In this document: one piece after another, positions 52,853-63,226 of the stretch
Layout: every line of letters begins with the position of its first letter
How positions within the stretch are numbered: the first letter of the stretch is position 1
Assembly: GCA_038319675.1 (NCBI GenBank)
Contig: JBBQDM010000018.1
Coordinates: forward strand, 17,839-81,838
Source of the DNA: Vicinamibacterales bacterium
GTDB taxonomy: Bacteria; Acidobacteriota; Vicinamibacteria; Vicinamibacterales; SCN-69-37
Length of the DNA: 64,000 nt
Reading direction: 5' to 3'
Program-made: the position numbers and the translations under genes
Notes under the pieces: model-generated
What the model was told of the DNA's origin: nothing
The model's input: only the letters and a program-made list of their open reading frames with translations
The model's database searches: none

Positions 52853-53385
52853 GACAGCAAGTCCTTTAGCCGCTGACGGGCATCAAAGAGTCGTGATTTT
52901 ACGGTGCCTTCTGCAACCCCGGTGAGTTCGGCGACTTCCTTCAGCGTGTGCTCCTGCAGCGAGGCCAGCACCACGGTCAGGCGCAACGGGTCTGGCAGCT
53001 GGTCCACGGCGTCCCACAGTCGACGCGCGCGATCTGCTTCTACAAGCGTCTGCTCAGACGACGGCACGATCGGGTCGGCGACGATCGCCTGTTCCCGGGT
53101 GGTGCGCCGCCGTTCGCCGCGGCGGCGGTCGAGCGCGAGCCGCCAGGTCATGCGCACCAGCCACGCCCGGAAGGCCTCGCGGTCGCGGAGCTGATGGAAA
53201 CTTCGATAGGCCCGGGCGAAGGCGTCCTGCGCCACGTCCTCGGCGTCTTCCCGATGCCGCAGGACGCCGAAGGCCACGCGAAAGGCCAGGGAAGACGACT
53301 CCCCCAGCCGTGATTCGAACTCACGGTCAACATCACTCACTGGGGTCACCAGGAATCCGGGCAGGGGCTGGACAAGGTCGTTCAT
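52849..53385 (-). CDS. ECF sigma factor
   Basis: DAEDVAQD, FRAWLVR, EVAELTGVAEGTVKSRLFDAR; upstream CGAAC-N17-CGTCT ECF-like promoter. Confidence 0.92.
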   Translation of the reverse strand: MNDLVQPLPGFLVTPVSDVDREFESRLGESSSLAFRVAFGVLRHREDAEDVAQDAFARAYRSFHQLRDREAFRAWLVRMTWRLALDRRRGERRRTTREQAIVADPIVPSSEQTLVEADRARRLWDAVDQLPDPLRLTVVLASLQEHTLKEVAELTGVAEGTVKSRLFDARQRLKDLLS

Positions 53386-53480
53386 TCGGGCCTGTAAACA
53401 AGACGCCGCCGACTCGCCGACGGTTCGCCTCAAAAGAGGAGCTCGGCGCCGAGCTCATTTTGGAGGCATTCTACATACGC

Positions 53481-54584
53481 GTGCTCGACCTGAACATCTT
53501 CATCAGCGGTCTGCTCGACGACCTCGCCGCCGTGCAAACGTCGATGTATCCGCGTCGGGCCTACGAACGGGCGGCGCGGAGGATCGCGCTGCTTCCGGAG
53601 CAGCTGTCGTCATCAACCACCCTGCCCGATGTCGGCAAGACGGCCACAACTGTGGTGCGTCAGGTGCTTGCGACGGGGACCTCGGCGACGGTGACCGCAG
53701 CGATCGAGCGCAGCGGCCGCATGGCCGATGCGGAACAGCGCCGCGCACGCCAGGACGGATTCATGAGCTTGGCGGTCGCGCGGCTTGTGCTGCAGGACGA
53801 CAGTCTTGATGCCGTCGGTCTGGGCGACTATCGCGGCGACTTCCAGATGCACTCGCAATGGAGCGACGGTCAGCGCTCAATTGCCGAGATGGCGATCGCC
53901 TGCGCAGACCGTGGCTACACACACATGGCGATCACCGATCACACCGACGGTCTTTCGATCGCGAGAGGCCTCTCGGCTGCGTCGCTCAAGGCCCAGCATC
54001 GCGAGATCGACGCGATCAACGAGGCCACGGCCGGGAAGTTTCGCGTGCTGAAGGGCGTAGAAGCCAACATCCGAGCCGACGGCTCAGTTGATTTGCCCAG
54101 GACTGCGGACCGCGGACTGCGGACCCGCCTGCGCCAAGGCTCCGGCGGGCAAGCCGCGGACTGCGAAGTGGTCCTCGCCGCCCCGCATTCCAAGCTCGAC
54201 AGCGACGCCGACCAGACGTCGCGCCTGCTGCGTGCGATAGGCACCCCGGGCGTGCACATCCTGGCCCACCCGAGCGGTCGCAAGTTTGGCAAACGCGACG
54301 GCCTGCGCGTGGACTGGCCCCGCATCTTCAAGGCCGCAGCCGACGCGAACGTGGCCATCGAGATCGATGGCGACCCGTCGCGACAGGATGTGCCGTACGC
54401 CCTCGCCCGCCAAGCCTTCGACGCGGGCTGCCTGCTCGCGATCGACAGTGACGCCCACAACACCGACGAACTGGTGTTTGCCGAAATAGCCCTGGCGCAC
54501 GCCCGACTGGCCGCGATTCCGGCCGCGCGAATCATCAATACCTGGACCACCAGGAAGTTGCTCGCCTGGCTGCGTCGGTGCTAG
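53481..54584 (+). CDS. PolX-associated PHP domain protein (N-terminal helical domain + PHP, no polymerase core)
   Basis: RRAYERAA, GDFQMHSQWSDG, ITDH, GVEANI, ILAHPSGR, IDSDAH. Confidence 0.85.
   Translation: MLDLNIFISGLLDDLAAVQTSMYPRRAYERAARRIALLPEQLSSSTTLPDVGKTATTVVRQVLATGTSATVTAAIERSGRMADAEQRRARQDGFMSLAVARLVLQDDSLDAVGLGDYRGDFQMHSQWSDGQRSIAEMAIACADRGYTHMAITDHTDGLSIARGLSAASLKAQHREIDAINEATAGKFRVLKGVEANIRADGSVDLPRTADRGLRTRLRQGSGGQAADCEVVLAAPHSKLDSDADQTSRLLRAIGTPGVHILAHPSGRKFGKRDGLRVDWPRIFKAAADANVAIEIDGDPSRQDVPYALARQAFDAGCLLAIDSDAHNTDELVFAEIALAHARLAAIPAARIINTWTTRKLLAWLRRC
54100..54164 (+). repeat. GGACTGC heptamers enclosing a small palindrome, within the PHP gene reading frame
   Basis: GGACTGC GGACCGC GGACTGC GGA[CCCGCC...GGCGGG]CAAGCCGC GGACTGC encoding RTADRGLRTRLRQGSGGQAADC. 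Confidence 0.7.
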
Positions 54585-54613
54585 TCTCCTAGCACTTCAC
54601 CAGAGGAGGCCTC

Positions 54614-56398
54614 ATGCGCGCACCCGTCGTTTGCAGCGTCGTGTTCGGATTGGTCACGCTCACCCTGTCGGCGCAGTCCCCCCCACAGCGGACGCCCGCA
54701 GGCGCACCGGCCCCCCCAGGCACGGGCGTCATCGCCGGTGTGTTGACCGCCGCCGACAAGGGCACACCGGTGCGCAAGGCCTCACTCCGGCTCACACGGA
54801 TTGCGCCGGGCGTCTCGCGGGTGGCCACCACGGACGAGGAGGGCCGTTTTGTGTTCGATGCACTGCCCACCGGTGACTATCGCCTCACGGCTACCCGACC
54901 GGGGTTTCTCGACACCGTCTACGGCGCACGTCAGCCCGGGCCGTCGAGCGCGGGCACACCCATCACGCTGGCAGACGGCCAGCGTGTCGAGAAATTGTCG
55001 ATTGTGATGCCTCGTGGCGGCGTGATTTCTGGAACGCTCACGGATGAATACGGCGACGCCGCGTTTAATGTACCCGTGCGCGCGCTGCTCTATCGTTATG
55101 CCAACGGTGAGCGGGTCGTGACCGCCGCCGGCAATGCCGTGACCGACGACCGTGGTGCCTACCGGATGGCGGGCCTGTTGCCGGGAGAGTATCTCATCAG
55201 TGCGCTGCCACGGGACAGCGTGTCAGCGCTGTCCGCTCAGGCCAACGCGGGTCAGCAGCGGATGCAACAGATGATGGCGCAGGCAATCGCCACGGGCGAC
55301 GAACGCATGATGGCCACCGCAAAGGCCGATGCGGCACGCATGCCTCCTCCACCACCGCCGCCTCCATCACAAGGCTATGTACCTGTGTATCACCCGGGCG
55401 TGGCGCAGCCGTCCACCGCCCGCGCCGTCCGGGTGGGCGTGAGTGAAGAGGTCTGGAACATCGACTTTGCGCTTCAGATAATTGAGACCGCTGCAGTCTC
55501 CGGCGTGGTCATCAACAGCGAGGGGGCCCTGCCGCTCGACACTCGCGTACAACTGATTGACCCCGCGCTGCCCGTGGCCAGCATCGGGGTGTGGTTCCGG
55601 AATACCAACAGCGCCGGCCGGTTCGACTTCCACGGCGTGGTGCCTGGCACATACGTGCTGCGCGCACATGCTTCGCTGCCTCCGCAACAGGGTGGAGGCT
55701 TTCTCGACGCCGAAACGATGGTGACCATCGCGCCTGGCGACAAGACCGAAGCGACACTGACGCTGCGACCAGGCATCACCGTGACCGGTCGTGTGGCGCT
55801 GGGCTCTCTGCCGGAGACGTTCGACCGCTCCAAGCTGATGTTCCAAATGCGACGAATCACGACGTCCGCTGACTGGGAGTCACCTGTGATGCGCGGTCCG
55901 GTCGCCGCCGATGGCACATTCTCGATCCCTCACGTGGCGCCAGGACGATACACGCCAGTGCTGAGTGGACTGCCCGACGGATGGGCGATCGATACAGCCA
56001 CCTTCGGACAGGTGGATGCAGCCGACCAACACATCACGATCGAGCACGACCGTCAGTACGTCGCAGATATCACGCTGACCAATCGGTCCGCCGGCGTCCA
56101 GGGCACGCTCACTAATGCGGATGGTGATCCGGTCTCGTCACACACCGTCATACTCTTCCCTGAGGATCGCGCGATGTGGTTGCCGCTGTCTCGACGCATC
56201 CGCGTTACCCAACCCGGCCAGGACGGCACCTACGCACTGACCCTCCTCCCACCCGGCGACTACCGCATCGTCACACTCCTGGATCCCGAAGCCGGGCGCG
56301 AGTTTGATCCGCAGTGGCTCGGCGAACTGTATCCACTGTCGGAGCGCCTCACGCTCGGCCCCGGCGAAACACGCACGTTGCCTCTGCGCGTGCGGTGA
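54614..56398 (+). CDS. Secreted protein with repeated carboxypeptidase-regulatory-like (Cna-B-type) domains
   Basis: Signal peptide; repeated TDxxGxF/Y..LxPGxY units; YVPVYHPG. Confidence 0.85.
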   Translation: MRAPVVCSVVFGLVTLTLSAQSPPQRTPAGAPAPPGTGVIAGVLTAADKGTPVRKASLRLTRIAPGVSRVATTDEEGRFVFDALPTGDYRLTATRPGFLDTVYGARQPGPSSAGTPITLADGQRVEKLSIVMPRGGVISGTLTDEYGDAAFNVPVRALLYRYANGERVVTAAGNAVTDDRGAYRMAGLLPGEYLISALPRDSVSALSAQANAGQQRMQQMMAQAIATGDERMMATAKADAARMPPPPPPPPSQGYVPVYHPGVAQPSTARAVRVGVSEEVWNIDFALQIIETAAVSGVVINSEGALPLDTRVQLIDPALPVASIGVWFRNTNSAGRFDFHGVVPGTYVLRAHASLPPQQGGGFLDAETMVTIAPGDKTEATLTLRPGITVTGRVALGSLPETFDRSKLMFQMRRITTSADWESPVMRGPVAADGTFSIPHVAPGRYTPVLSGLPDGWAIDTATFGQVDAADQHITIEHDRQYVADITLTNRSAGVQGTLTNADGDPVSSHTVILFPEDRAMWLPLSRRIRVTQPGQDGTYALTLLPPGDYRIVTLLDPEAGREFDPQWLGELYPLSERLTLGPGETRTLPLRVR

Positions 56399-56410
56399 CT
56401 TCGACCCTAC

Positions 56411-57121
56411 TCACCGCCAGCGCCGATCACGCGATCGATCGTTGAAATCCACGTATTCAGCCAGCACCGCCATGATGTCGTCTGGCCCGAATCCGTAGGG
56501 CACACGACGGTCGAACCGGATGTTGAACCGTGACCCGCCGTGCATCCGCTGCACTGCCACGCGCTCTTCCTTGTAGACCGAGAGCCGCTCGCGTTCGAAC
56601 ATGATGCGGTGGTTCTCCATCTCGCGCCAGCGGCGGAGCTCTGACAGTTCACGCTCGAGTTGACGACGCCGGCCGCGATCGTCTTCGTTGCGAATGCGCC
56701 GCTCCAGTGACCGCTCTCGGTCGGTCTTGCCCATCAGCGGGATGTCGACCGTCGTGCTCGTGTCGTCAAAGAAGGTGCCGAACCCGCCGCCGTCGAGTTG
56801 AAACTCGATCAGATCATCCTTCACTTTCACGAGAGTGACGATGGCGGAGTCACCGGCACGAAGAGCGACACCATGACGACGGAGGTCGTTGCGATAGCGG
56901 TGCACATCGAGGTCGCGCCGGTTCTGTGGGTAGACGTTCACGCCGTCTTTGGTGCCGGGCATGTCGATGCGCACCGTGACGCGGCGCCCTTCGAACACAT
57001 CCTTCAGCAACGCTTCGGTGAACGAGCGGTCAGGTGCCGCCGCCGGGGCGGCCGGCGTCAGAACAACAAGACCAAGAACAAGTGCGATTACGGACAATGA
57101 AACGTACGGTTTGCGTGCCAT
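56411..57121 (-). CDS. Secreted hypothetical protein with Arg/Glu-rich coiled coil
   Basis: Signal peptide; IDMPGTKDG, IEFQLDGGGFG, GSRFNIRF; GGAGG RBS. Confidence 0.7.
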   Translation of the reverse strand: MARKPYVSLSVIALVLGLVVLTPAAPAAAPDRSFTEALLKDVFEGRRVTVRIDMPGTKDGVNVYPQNRRDLDVHRYRNDLRRHGVALRAGDSAIVTLVKVKDDLIEFQLDGGGFGTFFDDTSTTVDIPLMGKTDRERSLERRIRNEDDRGRRRQLERELSELRRWREMENHRIMFERERLSVYKEERVAVQRMHGGSRFNIRFDRRVPYGFGPDDIMAVLAEYVDFNDRSRDRRWR

Positions 57122-57261
57122 ACACGGCCTCCGACCTGCCTCATTGCAAGCGAAATGCCAACGGCCCTTCAGAGGGAGAACCGCCTCACACCCAAGGCCG
57201 ATGTCACCGAATCAGTACAGAGCCCGCCTGCTCCATACGTTGTATAGTCCTCCTCTCGAAC

Positions 57262-59352
57262 ATGTCCAAGACCCGATTCGGCCCTGCGGTGGCGATGGCT
57301 TGCTTGGCCGCGGCCGTCGTCGTCTCTGCCCAGCAGAGGCCCGTGTTTCGTACGGGTGTGCAATACGTCGTGGTGGACGTGGTGGTCACCGACAGCAACG
57401 ATGTGCCCATCACCGACCTGGAAGTGTTCGATTTCGAGATCTACGACCGCGGCGTGCGTGAGCGTGTGGCGGACTTCCGGTTTGTGTCGATTCCCGTGTC
57501 CACGATGCCGGTGGAGGAGCTGCGCGCGGCGCCACCCGCGTCGGACGTCATCTCGAATGCGAGGCCGTCCCCCGACAGCCGCCTGTTCGTGATGATCGTG
57601 GACAACCTGCACACCCTCGAATCCGAGATCGTGTATGTGAAGCGAGTGATGACCGAGTTCATCACCGCACTCTCGCCCGACGACGAAGTGGCCATCGTGT
57701 TTGTGGGTCGCTCGGACATTGGGGTGAACTTCACCACCGACCGCGCACGGTTACTGCAGGCAGTGGACCGCGTACGCGACGCATCGGGATTTGCGATTGA
57801 TGCCATGGGACGCACGACCAGCCGCCCCCCGATGACCCAGGAAGGCGGAGGCCTGCGCGCGATCTTGAACACCACAATGTCGTACGGGCGGTCGTTGGCC
57901 GCCACCCTTCGAACGGCAGCGATTGCGTTGGAAGGATCTGACCATGCCCGCCGCGCCATCGTGTACGTGGGCGCCGGCTCGCCTCTCGATCCAAACACGA
58001 GCCTGGGTGCCGACGAAAAGCCCCTCGCCGACATGGTCTACGACGAACTGAAAATGGCATTCGACCGCGCCCGCCGCGCGAACGCGCCGATCTATACGCT
58101 CGATCCACGCGGTATGGTGCAGCCGGCGGATGCGGTCCGCGGCGGCATCAGCTCCATTGGTGGAGAGGCCGGCTCCCTTGGTGGACGCGGAGACATGGGC
58201 GCCGCATTGTCTGGTTCCGTCGGGTATCGACTTGCGATGCAGCAGGACATGCTCGCGACCGTGGCCGTCAACACAGGCGGCCGCGCCTTCACGAATCAGT
58301 CCGACCTGAGTCGCGCCGTCAAAGCCATCGCGACAGAAAATGGCAACTTCTATGTGCTGGGGTTCTACCCGCAGCGGCATACACGGCTGGGCACATTCAA
58401 CGACCTCGAGGTGAAGGTCTCGCGACCGGGCGCGAAGGTGCGCGCGCGGCTGGGGTATGTGCCGACCTCGGCCATCGCCACCGACGCGGCTCTGGATGAA
58501 CGACTGTCGACCGCCATGACTTCAGGTGTGGACGTGCGCGGCCTGGCCCTGAGTGCGGTAGCTGCGCCGCTCCTGCCGACCGGCAACGTCATGCGCACGG
58601 CGGTGACCATTCACGTGACGTATCCGACCGGCATCTCCGGTGATGCGCCCTTCGACACCATCGCGTACCAGATTCTGGCGCTTGATGGCGACGCGAGGGT
58701 CAAGGCGACCACCGACCGCACATACACCGTACGTCCGCCCCGCTCCGAACGCGAAAGCGTGGCACTCGTCATCAACGACGTGATCGATCTTCCGTCACAA
58801 CCGCTCACACTGCGCATCGGCATCGCCAGCAAGGCGCTTGGTCGCGCGGGCACGTTGCAGGTGCCCGTGCATGTGCCGAAACCCTCCGAGTCCCGGATTC
58901 AGATGGGCGGCGTAGTCATCGGCGCGTCAGGCGACGCCGGCCCCGCCACGCTGGGCGCGGACTTCATCAAAGCCATCCTGCCGTTCCAGCCCACGACGGT
59001 ACGGAAGTTCACGCACGAGCAGACGCTTCGAGTCTTCGTGCCAGTGTTTTGGCGCGGCCGCGAAACTGACGCCACCGTGACGCTCACCCTTCACGGCGCA
59101 GGCGTCACCCTCCGGCGCGAGGAGATACTCACGGTCGCGGAGCCCGTTGACGGGCGACGTGTGACTGCGCTCGACACACTCATCCCGCTGGACCAGCTCT
59201 CGGGCGACTTCACACTCACCCTCGAAGCGCGTGTGAAGGCGGGCCAGTCCGCAACACGGACGATGACGTTTGCGGTCACTCAGCGATCGATACCGGGCAC
59301 CGCTGCCTTGCTCTCCGGCGTCCGGTACTTTTCGAACCACGCCATCAGGTAG
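57262..59352 (+). CDS. Secreted VWA-related (acidobacterial type) protein
   Basis: PVFRTGVQYVVVDVVVTD, IVDNLH, IYTLDPRG, NTGGRAF, YVLGFYP, VRARLGY. Confidence 0.85.
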   Translation: MSKTRFGPAVAMACLAAAVVVSAQQRPVFRTGVQYVVVDVVVTDSNDVPITDLEVFDFEIYDRGVRERVADFRFVSIPVSTMPVEELRAAPPASDVISNARPSPDSRLFVMIVDNLHTLESEIVYVKRVMTEFITALSPDDEVAIVFVGRSDIGVNFTTDRARLLQAVDRVRDASGFAIDAMGRTTSRPPMTQEGGGLRAILNTTMSYGRSLAATLRTAAIALEGSDHARRAIVYVGAGSPLDPNTSLGADEKPLADMVYDELKMAFDRARRANAPIYTLDPRGMVQPADAVRGGISSIGGEAGSLGGRGDMGAALSGSVGYRLAMQQDMLATVAVNTGGRAFTNQSDLSRAVKAIATENGNFYVLGFYPQRHTRLGTFNDLEVKVSRPGAKVRARLGYVPTSAIATDAALDERLSTAMTSGVDVRGLALSAVAAPLLPTGNVMRTAVTIHVTYPTGISGDAPFDTIAYQILALDGDARVKATTDRTYTVRPPRSERESVALVINDVIDLPSQPLTLRIGIASKALGRAGTLQVPVHVPKPSESRIQMGGVVIGASGDAGPATLGADFIKAILPFQPTTVRKFTHEQTLRVFVPVFWRGRETDATVTLTLHGAGVTLRREEILTVAEPVDGRRVTALDTLIPLDQLSGDFTLTLEARVKAGQSATRTMTFAVTQRSIPGTAALLSGVRYFSNHAIR

Positions 59353-61343
59353 AGCTGCTGCAACAACTGCCGTGAGGGTCGGCGCCAGCCGTGAAACTCC
59401 TCGGGCATGCGCACGAGCAGGGTGTCGGCCTTCCGCAATACCGTAAGCGCACGGTAATACTCCTCACTCTGCGCCATCGGTGTGCGCAGGTCCGCCTCCC
59501 CCGTCATCACCATCGTCGGCGTCGTGACATTGGCAACGTAGTGCAGGGGCGAACGCACGGCGTACTCCATCGGGTCTTCCCACGGATACTTCTGGAACTG
59601 GTTGTACCAGCTGGTGCCGTCAGTGGTCCCGACGAACGAATGCCAGTTGATGACAGGTCGCATCGAGGCGGCCGCGCGGAAGCGATCGGTGTGGCCGACA
59701 ATCCACGCCGTCAGCACGCCGCCGCCTGACCCGCCGGTCACAAACAGATTCGATTCATCGATCCAGCCCTTCGCCACAGCCGCATCCACGCTGGCCATCA
59801 AGTCGTCGTAGTCCTTGCCGGGATAACTGTGCTGGATGCCGTTGACGAAGTCCTGCCCGTAGCCGGTGGACCCGCGCGGGTTGGTCCACAACACCGCGTA
59901 TCCGTTGGCGGCAAAGTTCTGATACGCCCAGTTCCAGTTGACGGAGTACATGCTCCACGGGCCACCGTGAATCCACAGCAGCATCGGATACTTCTTCGCG
60001 GGGTCGAAGTTCGCGGGCTTCATCAGCCAGCCCTGCACCTTCAGGCCATCCGCCGACGTCGCCCAGATTTCCTCGGCATCAGATACCGCACGATCACCAA
60101 GGATGTCGTTGTTGACGTCAACAAGCACCTTCATGTCCGCGGGCTTCGACATTGGGAACGAGACGAGTACACCGGGCTGCGTGAAGTGCCCGCGCACGGC
60201 TGCGGCCGTGCCGTTCTTCGCAATGGACACGGACGTCAGCACGTGTTTGCCGGTGGTGATCCTCGTCGGCGGTACGCCGATGTCTGCCGCGACAAAGTAC
60301 ATGTTCTCTTCGCCGAGTTCCTGCATCGAGTAATAGACGCCGGAGCCGTCAGGTGCCCACTGGATGTTTGACGGCGAACTCGGCAGGTTGCCGGACCACA
60401 GGCGCTGCCGCTTGCCGGTGGTGTCCATGATGTAGAGGCTGGAGAGGTGGCTCGTGAAGTTCTGCTGGTCGTAGCCGGTGTAGGCGACCCATGTGCCGTC
60501 GGGCGATGCGAGGGGTGAGCCGTCCGGTCCACGGCGATCGGTCAACTGTGTGACCTCGCGCGTCGCAAGGTTGATCGCGTAGACCTCAGAATCACCTCGC
60601 AGGAACGCGGCATCGGGCTTCCGAATCCCCGACACAAACATCGTCTTTCCATCCGCCGACCACGAGGGGCCGTTGTGGCTGTAGTCGCCCGATGTGACCT
60701 GACGTGGTGTGCCGCCGACGGTGGCATCGACGGTGAAGACGTGTGTGTAGCCCTTCTGCGTGGGTCCTGTGCCGTCGGAGGCCCAGGAGGGACGATCCAC
60801 CACGGTGGCCCCACGGGCGAGCTGCGCGCCGCGCGGCACCGGCGGGAGGCGCACGGGCAGCACGGGTGTGTCGTCCGGGAGGAACGCGGTGAAGGCAATC
60901 TGCGAACTGTCGGGGGACCACTGCACGCCGCCCGGTGCGCGATCAAAGCGCGTCAACTGCAGCGTCTCGCGCGAATCGGCCCACATCACGTGCAACTGCG
61001 TGGAGCCGGAGCGATTTGAGAGGAACGCGATACGTTTACCATCCGGCGACCAGACGGGGGCTGAGTCATTAAACGCGCCGTCGGTCAGTTGACGCAGGCG
61101 CGAGCCGTCCACCCCCACGACCCACAGGTTGGACGCGCCCTGGTCGCGCATGATGTCCACAAACCCGCGCGAGAACAGCACCGTGGTGCCGTCCGGCGAG
61201 ATGCGCGGATTGGAGACCGACTCCATGTCGAAGAACGTGGACTTGTCGAGCAGCTTTTTCGCGGGGGCCTGAGCGGCGTTGGGGACAGTCGCGAAGGACG
61301 CGGCAAGGACGCAGACAGCAACGACGAGACGGAGCAGACGCAT
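59280..61343 (-). CDS. S9 family peptidase (acylaminoacyl/dipeptidyl peptidase-like) with PD40 propeller
   Basis: WSPDG repeats, IHGGP, NPRGSTGYG, GGSGGG nucleophile elbow, DLRTP, EFHG. Confidence 0.93.
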   Translation of the reverse strand: MRLLRLVVAVCVLAASFATVPNAAQAPAKKLLDKSTFFDMESVSNPRISPDGTTVLFSRGFVDIMRDQGASNLWVVGVDGSRLRQLTDGAFNDSAPVWSPDGKRIAFLSNRSGSTQLHVMWADSRETLQLTRFDRAPGGVQWSPDSSQIAFTAFLPDDTPVLPVRLPPVPRGAQLARGATVVDRPSWASDGTGPTQKGYTHVFTVDATVGGTPRQVTSGDYSHNGPSWSADGKTMFVSGIRKPDAAFLRGDSEVYAINLATREVTQLTDRRGPDGSPLASPDGTWVAYTGYDQQNFTSHLSSLYIMDTTGKRQRLWSGNLPSSPSNIQWAPDGSGVYYSMQELGEENMYFVAADIGVPPTRITTGKHVLTSVSIAKNGTAAAVRGHFTQPGVLVSFPMSKPADMKVLVDVNNDILGDRAVSDAEEIWATSADGLKVQGWLMKPANFDPAKKYPMLLWIHGGPWSMYSVNWNWAYQNFAANGYAVLWTNPRGSTGYGQDFVNGIQHSYPGKDYDDLMASVDAAVAKGWIDESNLFVTGGSGGGVLTAWIVGHTDRFRAAASMRPVINWHSFVGTTDGTSWYNQFQKYPWEDPMEYAVRSPLHYVANVTTPTMVMTGEADLRTPMAQSEEYYRALTVLRKADTLLVRMPEEFHGWRRPSRQLLQQLYLMAWFEKYRTPESKAAVPGIDR

Positions 61344-61369
61344 GAGGGACCTCCTGGGGCACGGAGAGT

Positions 61370-62452
61370 CTACCCGGTCCGGGGGCCTCCAGGGCGGATC
61401 AGTATCACCACAAGGGTGACGACCGTCAGGGGCACCACGAACCCCATCATGACACCCGAGAAAGCGGGCAGCAGGGTGTGTTGCTGCGTGGCCAGGATCA
61501 GGTAGGTCACGTACGCGACGTAATATCCGAGAAACACGCCGCCCTCCCACCGCGCGATCTCCCGGCCGGTCATGAACACAGGCAGGCAGGCCAGCGCCAC
61601 CGCCAGCATCACCCAGATGTCGAAGGCCAGCACCGATGGTGCCACCGCCAGGCCGAGGTTGCCCGACACCAGGCCGGACAGGCCCAGGCAGCCAAGAATA
61701 TTGAAGGTGTTGCTGCCGACCACGTTCCCCACCGCAATGTCGCGCTCGCCTTTGATGGCGGCGGCGACGCTGGTGGCCACCTCGGGCATGCTGGTGCCGG
61801 CGGCGACGATGGTCAGGCCGATGACAAGGTCGCTCACGCCAATCGCCTTGGCGACGCTGATTGAGGCCTGCACCAAATAGTCCGACCCCAGCACCAGCGC
61901 GGCCAGGCCGACGGCGATCAGACCGACCTGCGCCGCCCAGTGACTGTCCCAGGCGCCGGGATCGGCCGGCTGTATCGCTTCGGCAAACTCGGCGTTGGCC
62001 GCCTGGGTTTCGCGGCGTGACTGCACCACCAGAAACACCGTATAGGCCACGAGCAGCGCGAACAATATGGCGCCGTCCAGGAGCGAGAGCGTGCCGTCAG
62101 CGGTGAAGACCAGCAACAGCAGGCTGGCGCCCAGCATGATCGGCACCTCCTGCCGGATCAGCTGAATGTTCACTACCAGGGGCACGATCAGCGCGCTGAT
62201 GCCGAGGATGAACAACACGTTGAAGATGTTGCTGCCCACCACGTTGCCGATGGCGATGTCGGAGGTGCCGTCGAGCACCGCACCGACGCTGACGGCCACT
62301 TCTGGCGCGCTCGTGCCGAAGGAGACGATGGTCAGCCCGATCACCAGGGGGCTGATGCCGAACGAGAGCGCGAGTTTGGACGCACCCCGCACCAGCGCAT
62401 TGGCGCCGACGACCAGCAAGCTCAGCCCCGCGAGAAATAATAGAAGATTCAT
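61370..62452 (-). CDS. Calcium/sodium antiporter (YrbG family)
   Basis: Two alpha repeats GTSAPE / GTSMPE, each followed by GNVVGSN. Confidence 0.93.
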   Translation of the reverse strand: MNLLLFLAGLSLLVVGANALVRGASKLALSFGISPLVIGLTIVSFGTSAPEVAVSVGAVLDGTSDIAIGNVVGSNIFNVLFILGISALIVPLVVNIQLIRQEVPIMLGASLLLLVFTADGTLSLLDGAILFALLVAYTVFLVVQSRRETQAANAEFAEAIQPADPGAWDSHWAAQVGLIAVGLAALVLGSDYLVQASISVAKAIGVSDLVIGLTIVAAGTSMPEVATSVAAAIKGERDIAVGNVVGSNTFNILGCLGLSGLVSGNLGLAVAPSVLAFDIWVMLAVALACLPVFMTGREIARWEGGVFLGYYVAYVTYLILATQQHTLLPAFSGVMMGFVVPLTVVTLVVILIRPGGPRTG

Positions 62453-62499
62453 GGTGCCCGAACGCGAACGAATTGTGTCAGATTTGCGTCAATCACACC

Positions 62500-62820
62500 A
62501 TGATCATCACCACCACTCCAAGTGTTGAAGGCAAGTCGATCACCCGTTACGCCGGCGTCGTGGCCGGTGAAGCGATTCTGGGCGCGAACATCTTCAAGGA
62601 TCTGTTTGCCGGCATCCGCGACCTGGTGGGCGGCCGGTCCGCGACGTACGAGCGCGAACTGCAACGCGCCCGCGACATGGCGATGAACGAGATGGCCGAC
62701 CGTGCCAAAGAACTCGGCGCCAACGCCGTCGTCGGCGTCGACCTCGACTACGAAGTGCTCGGCTCGGGCAACGGCATGTTGATGGTGTCGGCCAGCGGCA
62801 CGGCGGTGGTGGTGGAGTAA
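62500..62820 (+). CDS. YbjQ/UPF0145 family protein
   Basis: [40 protein letters not shown]. Confidence 0.92.
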   Translation: MIITTTPSVEGKSITRYAGVVAGEAILGANIFKDLFAGIRDLVGGRSATYERELQRARDMAMNEMADRAKELGANAVVGVDLDYEVLGSGNGMLMVSASGTAVVVE

Positions 62821-62863
62821 GGGATCGCCGTGGGCTCTCGGTTCGGGCCCGGGGGGTTCGATC

Positions 62864-62912
62864 TGGCTCGCCAGCCGGAGCTGCGAGCGTAGCGAGCGTT
62901 TAGCGAAGGATG
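62864..62912 (-). repeat. Imperfect palindromic element abutting the tRNA-Lys 3' end
   Basis: Minus strand TCCTTCGCTAAACGCTCGCTACGCTCGCAGCTCCGGCTGGCGAGCCA; TTAGCGAAG also abuts tRNA-Arg(CCG) at 63050-63058. Confidence 0.4.
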
Positions 62913-62986
62913 GTGAGCCCGGGAGGAATCGAACCTCCAACCAACAGATTAAGAGTCTGCTGCTCTGCCAATTGAGCTACGGGCCC
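62911..62986 (-). tRNA. tRNA-Lys (anticodon CTT)
   Basis: GGGCCCGTAGCTCAATTGGCAGAGCAGCAGACTCTTAATCTGTTGGTTGGAGGTTCGATTCCTCCCGGGCTCACCA. Confidence 0.97.
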
Positions 62987-63020
62987 ACAAAAAAACGAAA
63001 AGACGATCTATCTACCGAAC

Positions 63021-63048
63021 CTCTGCCCTGTGCCCCATGCCCTTTGCC
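63021..63048. repeat. Four CnnTGCC heptamers downstream of tRNA-Arg(CCG)
   Basis: CTCTGCC CTGTGCC CCATGCC CTTTGCC. Confidence 0.75.
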
Positions 63049-63063
63049 CTTAGCGAAGCGGCA

Positions 63064-63140
63064 TGGTGCGCCCGGCAGGAGTCGAACCTGCGACCTACGG
63101 CTCCGGAGGCCGTCGCTCTATCCAGCTGAGCTACGGGCGC
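63064..63140 (-). tRNA. tRNA-Arg (anticodon CCG)
   Basis: GCGCCCGTAGCTCAGCTGGATAGAGCGACGGCCTCCGGAGCCGTAGGTCGCAGGTTCGACTCCTGCCGGGCGCACCA. Confidence 0.97.
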
Positions 63141-63188
63141 GAATTCGTATTTCAGAAGGAAAGTGGGGAGCGTCAGCGCGTTCCTGAC

Positions 63189-63216
63189 CTATGCCCCGTG
63201 CCCTATGCCCTCTGCC
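63189..63216. repeat. Four CnnTGCC heptamers downstream of tRNA-Arg(TCG)
   Basis: CTATGCC CCGTGCC CTATGCC CTCTGCC. Confidence 0.75.
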
Positions 63217-63226
63217 CTGCATTAAC

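Noticed and set aside
59280-59352. 73-nt convergent overlap of the VWA and S9 peptidase genes as a regulatory device
   Set aside because: More simply a drifted stop codon extending the VWA tail; nothing else supports function
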